Positions 45,937-57,900 of a stretch of 64,000 nucleotides of DNA are shown in pieces. The stretch's first letter is position 1, and every line of letters begins with the position of its first letter. The stretch is from positions 1-64,000 of the IMG/VR virus record IMGVR_UViG_3300018413_000007; one strand, given 5' to 3'. The position numbers and the translations under genes were made by a program. The notes under the pieces were generated by a model. The model was given only the letters and a program-made list of their open reading frames with translations, was not told where the DNA came from and made no database searches. This stretch comes from a virus (lineage: Duplodnaviria > Caudoviricetes).

Positions 45937-48900
45937 ATGGCTAAGATTTCAGAGTTAGGTTCGATCACTGGTGCCAATACCCGTAGTGAAGACCTCTTCG
46001 TCATCGTCAACCTTATCCAAGGTGATGACGGCACCAAAAATATTACCCGTAAAGAGCTCGTAGAAGCAATTCAGTACGAGATCTTCTCACGCATCAGAAT
46101 TACTGGTGGTCAGATTTCTGGTGTCACAATCTTTGACTCTCTTATCCGTAACGTAACCATCACTGATTCCATAATGGAAGACAGTATCATTCGACGATCT
46201 ACTTTCAGAGATGGTACCCTTCAAGATTCTGTTGCTCTTCGCTTAGATATCCGCGACTCCACCTTTACTGATGGTGAGATCACCGATTCTACTGCTGATA
46301 ACGTAGCCATTACAGATTCTACATTTACCGATGGAGCCATATTTGATTCTACCGGTAATAATATGATCATCACGAACTCTGAGTTCAACGATGGCACCGG
46401 TAATAATGTCACCCTAACAAATTCTGTCATCGATCAGTCTCTATTCTCAAATGGAGATATCGAAGATTCTAATGCCAATAATCTTGTTATAACAAATTCG
46501 ACATTTATCGATGGGGCTATATTTGATTCCGTAGCAAATAATGTCGACATTAGCGCGTCTACCTTCACTGATGGCGCGATATTCGATTCTACTGCGAATA
46601 ATGTAACGATTACACAATCGTTGTTCACAGACGGTGATATCACTGATTCGAATGCAAACAATATTGTCATTACTCAGTCTGAGTTCTTAAATGGAAATCT
46701 TGCAGACAGTACTGCCAATAACCTGTCTATCGGGTTCAGTACCTTTACTGATGGAACAATTGAATATTCAGAAATTCTCGAATCCTCATTTACTCTTGGC
46801 GAGATTTCAGATTCTACTGCCACTGATATCATTATGGATAACAGTGTCATATTCAATTCAACTGGTAACAACAACATTTTCTCAGAATCTGCTCTTGTTA
46901 ATAGCACGGTTAATACCTCTATTATCACACAGTCTGAGTTCAATGATGGTACTGCCAATAATGTTGTATTCTCGCAAGGTGAATTGCTAAATTCAACTGG
47001 TGATAACCTAGATATCGATAACTCAGACTTCTCTAATGGCACTGGTTCGAATAACCTATTCACCAGTACTACGTTAGATGATTCACTGATCACCAATTCG
47101 ACAATCTTAACAACTGATTTCAGAGAAGGCACGATATCTGAGACCACCTTGACCAACACGGTGATCTTAGATTCTGATATGCAAGATTCAACCATTGAGA
47201 CATCATTCTTTGCGAATGGTACTGTCGATGACTCATTGGTGACAAACGCTCGATTCATCGAAGGTGAGCTTGAAGACTTCGAGATGGATCTGAAAGAGGT
47301 ATTCGATCCTAATATCCACGAAGAGTCTTGGTTCGCATTAAAGAATTTCCAGACCGGAAAAACAGAAAAGATCACGTATAAGCAATTCTACGATGAATTG
47401 GCCAAATCAGTATCTCAGGCATTAAAGATTCACGTTGATGTCTCTCACGGCCGTGATGAGTGGCCCGGATCTATGCTCCAGCCTGTTAAATCACTTGAAA
47501 GAGCTTGTGAATTGGCCCTCGAAAAGGCAGGTGGCAAGTTTGATCGTAACGATGTCAATAACGCCGTACATATTTCTGTTGGCCCAGGAACATATTACAC
47601 CAAGGGTAACCTTGCCATTCCAGATGATTGTTCCGCAACATCTACGTCAGGACAATACGCCACTGTAATCGAGGCATTACCCGGGTACGAAAACAATAAC
47701 TGTTGGTTGGTAGGTTCCGGCTGTTACCTACAAGGTTTCTCATACACTAATTGGAAGGTCGACAACTTCGATTTCCCAGAAGGTGGTTTCGCTGTTGCTT
47801 ATCGACCAGGTGCCAAACTCCGACGTTCACCTTATTTGAGGGATTCATCTCAGCTCTCTAACTTCTTACGTGCTGATGTTGAACCACCCCTCAACCCATT
47901 CAACACCAAGGGAACAATTGCTGACCTTGGTCGACAGATCATTTTAGAGCCTGGCTATTCTGGTCAATGGTTATTCGGTGATAAGGTAACCTTCTCTAGT
48001 GGTGCTGTAGGTTTCTTGTCATGGGATGATGCTGCAGATGCTGCTCTTGAGATACCGGTAATACCAGGTGATCTTGTTACTCAAAGAAAGATTTACGTAC
48101 GTAACCTGAAAAATGGTGAAGGATTCAATGTTGGCGATACTGTCATTTCTGAATCCGGTGGTGTTGGTATCGTAGAAAGTATAGGTATAGATGACTTCCC
48201 GAATCCACTCGTGGGACGAGGTGGGGGATGTCTTCTTGCCGACCGACGAGTTCTCGATAAAGACTCTCTGTATACGTATGTTCTCTGCTTCGGTTTCACA
48301 CCTAGAACCCAGAATGGTATCGGATATGTTGCCCGAGATGGTGCCGGTGTCAACGGAATTGGTTCGCTGTCGATCTTCACACGTTGTGCGTTCTATGCAT
48401 TGAACGGTGGTCAGGTGACATTGAATAACTCAGGTTCTCAGTTCGGTGATATATCGATGAGAGCCAAGGGTACTGCCACATTCTATCAACCAAGGCAACC
48501 TACCGGCACGATATTCCAAAATACAGCATTCGGTGATACGTTAGTTGCAGAATCGAATAATATCGTTCAAGATATGATCGACCATCTTACCACTCCAATC
48601 AGTGATGGAGGATTAGGTTATGAGGTTTATGATTCTCAAAAATGTGAAAGAGATTCCGGCATTATACTCGACGGAGTGGGTTTGGATATCGCTACCGATT
48701 CTAACTACTGGGGAAGATTGGCTGGTATCACATATCGAAGCCCAATTTCTTATGTCGTCATTAATGACCAACAAGAAGAGACAGCAGGAGCAATCCGATA
48801 TCTTCAGGACCGAGTAGAGGCGATCTTCCAATCAAATGATCCAACGATTAATACTCGAGCAAATACATCATTTGATGCGACACTCAATATTTTGGAGAAT

Positions 48901-51900
48901 GGAGAGTCATATGCTGATCCTCTAACCTTTGCTGATACAGGTGTCGATGAACAAACTCAGGCAAGAGAAATACTGCAAGATAACAAAGAGCTCATCATCG
49001 AAAACTTTGTCGATTGGATTGACAATAATGACGAATTCTTTGCCTATAACAGCAAGAAGTGCCGTAGGGATACAGAGGACTATATTTTACCAGCAGTTAA
49101 ATATGATGCTCAGTTAGACACCAATTATAACTCGATTACGGCTGGTAACGCATATTACATGGCGACAGCCAGAAAGGTTGTTGAGAAGCAACGAGAAGAG
49201 ACAATAGGTGCCTATAAGCATCTGAAAGATCAAACAAATGAATTGATCGATTCTCTCGGTTATCTTGGTGCATCTCGTGTAGATGCTGCCTTCGACAACA
49301 TCTTAGATATCCTCGAAAGAACTGGTCGCCAATATACAGCTACCTTCGCGACATATGATACGGTCGCCGGCACATTTACGATTACCATAGAAGATCACGA
49401 CCTGACTGTTGGAACAAGCATTCTGTTAGAAGAAGAGAGCTTCGTATTCCGATGTGGATCTGATAATTATATTGCTGAGATCTCTCACCCAAGGGCAACA
49501 GATCCGGCATTCAATAAGCCGTTGCCAATTCTTTCAACTACTCAAGACACGATCACAGTTCATGTGGGTGCTTCTACGGAGACCTCAGATCACATCTATA
49601 TTCGATCAAACGTCAATTCAATATCTGTGGTACCAAATGCTATCACGTTTAGTGATGACGCTGGTATCTCGGTAGATAGAAGAAATGCAAGAAAGCAACT
49701 TCAGGCAAACAAAGAATATATCCAAGATCATATTGTTGGATGGATTAACGACGCATTCTTTGTCTATGATGACATCAAGTGTGCACGAGATACAAATCTC
49801 TACATCCTTCCTGCAATCGAACGAGATCTTGCTTTAGGAACGAATTTTAATTCTGTTCAGGCAGGGATTGCATATTATCAGGGCATTTCAACCAAGGTCA
49901 TAAACGACCAATTAGAGCCCACGGTTGGCGCATGGGGTTATGTCAAGAATCAGGTGGCTGCAGCGATTAGTGGCCAACCTTCTCTGACGAGAACAGATGC
50001 CGCGGCTGACGAGATCATCGATATTATCAACAACGGTTTAGACAATGTCGATACAATTGTTTGGTCAGATCCTGCATCTAATTTAGAATATCTCACACCG
50101 TCAACTGCTACGTATGACCCAGTCACGGGCGACAGTACACTTACTGTTACAAACCATGGTCTGACGACAGACGATTGGGTAATCTTTGCTCCATATTCAT
50201 TTACCTTCACGTGTGACCTAGACGGAAATGCTACACAGCATTCATATCCTCGTGTTGGTGATGCGAATTATAATACTCCAATGCAGGTAACGTCGGTACC
50301 GACTGCCGATACTTTCGTTGTTAATGCTGGTGTAGGTGCTGGTGGTAATCATACGTTTGTATCTGTCACGCCAAATGCTGTGACCAAGGTAACAACAAAT
50401 TCTCAAGGTCAATACGCCAGACAAACGATTCAGGCAAACAAGGCCTTCATGCAACAAGATGTGATTTCATATCTTAATGCAAATTATTTCACCTTCGACG
50501 GTGAGAAGTGTTCACGAGATACTGGACTTATCCTCGATGCTGTCAAACGAGATATTGTATCTGGTTCTAACTATCATGCGGTCTACACTGGCCTTGCCTA
50601 TCGCTCTGGAGCCTTAGGTACCGAAACTGTAATTACAGATCAATTAGTTCAAACCACCTCAGCAATTAATTATCTGAAGAGTGAAATTGGTGCTGGTTTA
50701 TCAGGTGCCGAACTGACAAGATCTAATACGGCATTCGACGAGATCATTGATATTCTCAATAATGGAACTGGAAATGCCGATCCTTATAATTTTGGAACCA
50801 ATTCCGTAAGTGCCAATGCTCTTAATGCTAGAGTAATCTTACAGTTGAATAGGGCATTCTTGATTGCAGAGGCAACTGCCTATGTTGCAGCCACATATCC
50901 AGACCTAGAATATGATGTTGCTAAGTGTGAAAGAGATACTGGATTCCTTATTGATGCTGCATCTTGGGATATCCAACATGGATCTAATGTTGCTTCCGGT
51001 AATAATGCTAAATTCTATTTCGATCATGCTGTATCACAATTAGGTGCGGATGAGGTTATTCCTACTGCTAATACATTTGCCCATTTGGCTGAGATTGCAT
51101 TCCAGATCGTAAGAGATCGATTGGTTGTACCGACCACGGGTAATGCTGAGGTTCAGGACCAATCACAACCAGATTTAGGTTTGACCCTGGCAAGTCAGGT
51201 TCGTAATTTGATGAATATCACTGCTACTGCAATCGGTGATAGCCGTGATCTTCTTGTACCAGAAGCTGTTGAGCCTGTCGTAGAGACTGGTTATTCTGAT
51301 GCCCTAGTATGGATCAATGGTCAGAGAGCACGACTCCAAGACGATGTGATTGATGTTCACCTGATACCAACATTCAATGGATTGCCATACAAGCAAGATA
51401 AGTGCTACCGAGATGTTGGTCTTATTTTGGATGCTGTGTCTAAGGATATCGAATACGGTGGAAACGCATCTACAATCGAGGCAATTAATTACTATTTCGA
51501 AGGTGCTCTTGGTGTCGATCTTAAAGATGGTGAGCCTATTATCAATCAGGTCAACATCTTACCACTAGAGCAAAGAGTACCGACCAAACTTGCCTTCCAA
51601 CACCTTGCTGATATTGCTGATGACATAGTTAGAAATGTAGCAGTATCTCCTCAAGGCGGAAACAGTATTGTCCAAGACACTTCTGGTAACGCAGTAAATG
51701 TAGCCACGGGCACTTCAGTACATGATTTGATCGATACACTTGCCGTACAATTGGCAGTATTTGAAAATCCTGTCACCCCGACTCTTGTAAGACCAGTTGC
51801 CGATCCAAACCAAACTATTGCTCGTCAACACTTGCAAGCAAATAAGGCGTTTATCCAGCAAGAGGTGATTAGCTACCTCGACGATAGATATTTCACATAC

Positions 51901-54900
51901 AACAATGTGAACTGTTCGGGTGATACTGGTACATTAATGGATGCTGTTAAGCGTGATGTCTTGACAGGATCTAATTTCAATTCTATATTCAATGGTCTTG
52001 CATATCGTGCTGGAACAGTATCCGCTGACTTGGTTGTCAGTGATCAGTTAACTGAGACCGTTGGAGCCATAAACTACATCAAGCAACAAACGGCACTCAG
52101 AGTAGAAGATACCACGGCCAAGGCTAGGGTAGATGCAGGTTTCAATGAAATCATTGATATCATGACGAATGGTGCTCCTTCGGCTGATGTGATTGTATGG
52201 GGCGATAATGCTCTTAATGCAAATCGACTTCTCGGCCGTCAAAAGATTCAAGCCAATAAGGCGTTCTTGCAAAAAGAAATCACGGCATTCCTTGAAGACC
52301 GATATTTCACCTATGATCTGGCCAAGTGTGAAAGAGACACTGGGTACATCATTGATTCGACAACATTAGACATCCAGTTAGGAACCAACTTCAACTCAGT
52401 ACAGGCTGGATTGGCATACTACAATGCTACTGCTGCCTCTACGATTGCAAATGAAAGAGCTCAAACAGTAGCTGCATTTAGAAGACTGTCTGACGAGATT
52501 GAGACCATCGGTATCGATGCAGGTGTTGCTGGTGCCACGGTAACGAATAGTCTGAATGCTAGTATCGAGGTTGTTGCTAACATCATCGAAGATGCAAACA
52601 CTGCTCCTTCTCTTACTTGGTCCAACCCAGGTATCGTTGCAGAAAGAACATACGCAAGAGAGCAATTGCAGATCAACAGGGATTTCATCATCGCTGAGGT
52701 GATCGCTTATATTACTGAGGAATTACCTAATTATGATGTCGCGACATGTCAAAGAGACATCGGTTATATCCTCGATGCTGTAAGACGTGATCTTATTTTG
52801 AACACGACACATAATACGATTACTGCGGGTGACGCATATCTTCGAACAGGATCAGCATACGTATTATCAGATCAGAAAGAATATACAATCGCTGGTGTTG
52901 AACGTGCCAGGGAACAGGTCAAGGCATTAGGTCTTGCCACTGCTGATGCAACAATCGACACACTTTTCGAAAGGGTAATTGATGTATTAGATGGCACTGT
53001 CACTACATATACTGTTCCATCTTATCCGTTGACTGGAAGTGGTTCATATCAGACAACCGAACGAAACACTGCCAAGAATCAGATCCAAAACAACAGGGCT
53101 GCCATTCAACAGTCTGTGGTGGATTATATCGGTGAGCAATTCCCAGAACTGGTCTACGACGTTGCTGATTGCTTCAGAGATTCCGGTTACATTCTTGATG
53201 CTGTTTCTCATGACGTTCTATACGGCGGTAACAGTGCCTCAATCAGAGCTGCAGATGCATATTTTGTAGGTGCGGCTTCTCAATTAGGGCCCGAAGAGGT
53301 TGCTCCTACAATTCAGGCATTCTCTTTCCTCAAGGGTAAAGTAAACGAATTCGTAACCACAACACCAGAAAGACTCCGTGTGGTTGAATTGATAGACATC
53401 ATCATTGATGTTCTTGCTGCTGGAACAACTGCCGGATTACCTGCTGTTGTTGAACCAGATCTCACTGGCCTTAATACGGCAGATCATGATGCAATTCAGA
53501 CTGCACAGACCTTGATAGAACAAGATGTAACAGATTACATCACTGCCACGTATCCAATATATGACCAGGCTAAGTGCGAGAGAGACACGGGTTATATCAT
53601 CGATGCTATTTCTCACGATCTCCAATATGCTGGTAACAGGGCCACACTTGCAGCCGCAAATATTTACTTTGAAGATGGAATTAATGTACTGCCTTCATTG
53701 CAACGCGCTGACACAGAAGATGCCTATGTCCATATGTCATCAGTCATGCAGGATATCGTTGTCGAGACGGTGGTAACACCTACCACGGGTAACGCAGAAA
53801 CTCAAGATGTTTCTGGTAATGCTGCATCTGCCACAGAGGCTACCACGGTTTCGGAATTAATGGAAATCATCATTGATGCACTGACTGCAGCCACAATCTC
53901 AGAAGCCAATATCCCTGCAAGGGTAGAGCCAGATCTGTCCTTTGTTGCTACTGATATCCAGACCTGGGCATCCAATACGGTAAGTGCAACTGCTACACTG
54001 AAATCTGCAGTGACCGATTTCTTGAATAGAGACTACGATAATGAGGTCTGCGAACGAGACCTTGATTACATCATCGATGGTATTCGAAGAGACCTACTCA
54101 CAGGATCTAATTACAATTCTGTCACGAACGGTGAGGCGTATCTCAGATCAACATCAGAATATTTGCTTGGCAATCAATCCGAGGCAACGGCTGCGGTAAT
54201 TCAATATGCGGTTGATCAGATCAAGGGCTTGGGTAGTGTCACATCAGATGCCACTGTACAGTCATTGGCAGATATCGTCATCGATATTCTCGATGGTTCT
54301 GCTACTACAACACCTGCCGTTACATATCCGAGCAACGGTTCTGCCACATATCAGACTGCTCAAAGGGTTGCGGCTAGTACAGCAATTCAGGCCAATAAGG
54401 CAACAATTATTTCTGATATACAGGATTTCATTCAGGCAAATTATCCTAATATCTACTACGATAATGCTAAGTGTACACGAGATCTTGGGTATATCATCGA
54501 TTCTGTACGCAGAGATTTGATTTTAGGAACCAATCATAATACTGTCACGTCTGCAAATGCATATCTCAGAACATCTAGTGGATATCCTGCCAATGGACAG
54601 TCTACAGCAACAATAGCAGCAATCGAATTCGCGAGAGATAAACTCACAAGATTGCCGGCTGTAGAAAGTATCGGTGAAATCAACGATCTGTTTGATCGTG
54701 TCATTGATGTATTGAATGGTTCTGTTACCACATTCGAACCTTCAACATTCCCAACGACAGAAGGCGCAGATTATCAGACAGATGATCGAGTAGAGGCTGT
54801 ATCATTAATCCAAGGCAATAAACAACAGTTTGCCATAGAATTGACTACTTGGATTGCAGATCAGGTTGCTGCTAATACGTCTCCATTCACTACTGATTTC

Positions 54901-57900
54901 ACATACGATGTTGCAGATTGTGAAAGAGACACGAAGTTTATTTTAGATGGTATTTCACATGACATCAAGTACGGCGGTAACTCATCTTCAAGATTGAGTG
55001 CAATTGCCTACTTCGATAATGCAACATCTCAGGTACCAGGTGAAGAGGCTCAGACAATTGCTGCATTCGGGCAATTGAAGACCATCGTAAATCAGATCGT
55101 GACTACGGCTCCCGAACAGACAAGGGTAAATGATCTGATTGATATCACAATCAATGTTTTGATTGCAGGAAGTACTGCAGGTATGCCTGCTGAGGTCGAT
55201 ATCGATGTCACTGGTCTGGATACTACAGAATATGATCAGTTTACTGGGAATCAAGCTAGTATTATATCAGACACTATCACATTTGTCAACACTAATTATG
55301 CAACGTATGATATCGCTGACTGTGAAAGAGACACAGGATATATTCTTGATGCAATTTCTCACGATGTGAAATACGGAGGTAATATTGGATCAAGGGCATC
55401 TGCTCGAGCATATTTTGATGGAGCAGTCAATCAGCTAGGAAGTGCTGCTGAGACAACTGCATCAATCGGTGCTTATACAGAATTAAAGACTTTGGTTAGA
55501 GATATTCTGGTAGCAGATCCTATCGCTACCACTACAGAGGCAGACGAATGTGATGCATTAATTGATATCATCATCGATGTATTGAATGATGGCAATTTGG
55601 ATAATCTCCCTGCAGAGGTTGAGATTGTCACCACTGGATATACAACTACAGAATATGATGATATCACTGCCAACCAGACATCTATCATTGCCAACTCCAT
55701 TGTTTATGCAAATAATAATTGGCCGAATGGACTTGGATATGATGCTGCCAAGTGTGAGAGAGATGTAGGTTATCTGCTTGATTGTGTATCATTCGACCTT
55801 CAGCACGGTGGCAACAGTGCGACCATCCAAGATGCTGAAATGTATTTCACAAATGCATACACTGTGAATACACTACCAGAGAATCAAAGAAGAGCTTCAG
55901 AAAGAGCATTTGCTCATTTGGCTGAGGTGACACGCCAGGTCGTAAATGCCGAGACTGTCACTCCATCGCCAGGTAACCCAGAATCACAGATCGTGGGCGT
56001 AACTGCTGGTACAGAGGCTGCAGATAGATCGAAGGTACTGGTCAATATCACCACAAATGTTGTCGGTGCTGCTAGTCTATCCGGTCTGCCTGCTGAAGAA
56101 GAGCCTGATACTGCTGCATATGATGCTGTATATGTATCTGCATTTAATGCTATCGAAGCAATAATACCCACGGTTCAGAAAGATGTAATCACGTATCTTG
56201 CTAGAGAATGGAATGGTTTGGGTTATGATCAGGCCAAGTGCTTCAGAGATACTGGATATGTGGTCGATGCTATTTCACACGATATTCAATATAAGGGTAA
56301 TGCAGCTACATGGAATGCGGCTCAAATATATTTCGTAAACGCAGTAAATCTGCTTCCATATGATCAGAGAGAGCCTACAAAACTTGCATGGATGCGTCTT
56401 GCAGAGGTCGTAGAAAAAGTCGTGCAGCTCCAGGCGGTAACACCAACTCCTGGCAATACTGTCGCACAGATTACTACCGGTATCACAGGCAACCCATTGA
56501 TCGGTGAGAGAGCCAAAGAATTGGGTATGTACATTGCCAATATCGTAGACGATCCAGATGATTCCAAATTACCACTACGTGATGAGCCGGATTACGATTG
56601 GGTCGCCTCTAATTATACTGCTGATGTAGATGCAATAGAGGCTCAGGCTGCGACAATCTCTACCGGTGTTATCGATTATATCGCAAAGAATTGGAATGGC
56701 CTGAGTTATATCGAAAAGAGTTGCCGACGAGATGTTGGTTTCATTGTCGACGCGATATCACACGACGTTCAATATGGTGGAAATAGAGCCACTCGTATCA
56801 ATGCACAAATTTACTTTGAAAACGCTATCAGTGTTCTCCCAGTATCAACACGGCGACAGACTGCAGATACCTACGAATATCTAGGTCTGTTGGTAAGAGA
56901 TATCGTCCAAGGTATCGACACACAAGATACACAATACACGACTACAGCACAAGATTTCACGGGTGATAATTCTAATTCTTCAGAAGGGGCCCGTGCTCAA
57001 GATCTCGTGCAGATTATTGAAAGTGTAATTCGTGAAGATAATCTTGATGTTCTGGTTTCTCAGGTAGAGCCAGATCTTTCTTGGGTCGATGCAGAATTGG
57101 TAACTCTCGGAACGACAATCGATAACAATGACACAGTCCTTGCCGATCGAATGATAGAGTTCATCAACAAAGAATTCGATGTCCTTGATTACGATAGAGA
57201 CAAGTGTTATAGAGATTCTGGTTACCTACTCGATGCATTCAGCTGGGATTTGAACTACAATTCTAATTTGGCTTCAAGATGGAATGCAGACTTCTATTTC
57301 TGGAATAACATTTTGAGATTGCCAGAAGAGCAACGTGAACCTACTGGTCGATCGTACAGAGAGTTGGGTGAGATTTGCGCCAGAGCACTGAAAGGTGAGC
57401 TCGAGGGGCAGGTGCTCAATAGTGGATTCCCAAGTGAAGTTGAGGTCGAGAAAGTCAAGGATTTGGCTAACATTTTCTATCTCACTTTGTATAATAACAC
57501 ACCTAAGAATCTTCCTGTCAAGATACAGCCGGATGAAGCATGGATGGGTGATATCTACCTCGATGCGAAGGCCGCGCTTACTGCCAAGAGAATCGATCTT
57601 GCCAAGGATGTTGTAAGATGGGTCGGGGCTACATACAGATTCGTAGATGAATATCTGACCAGAAGAGATGCCGGAAACCTCATTCAGGCTATGGTAAATG
57701 ACTTCAAGTATGTGAATACAGCATTGGCCACACCTGGCGGATACTCAGGGCCTGGTTATGGTTCATCTTTCGCTACACTGACCTACTCTGCATCGTTCTT
57801 CGATCAGGAAGGTAAGATCGTATTCCCAGTATTCAATCCATCCGACGCATATCCAAACTTGATATTCAAGGGTGTATTAGAAAATACCGGAGCATTACCT

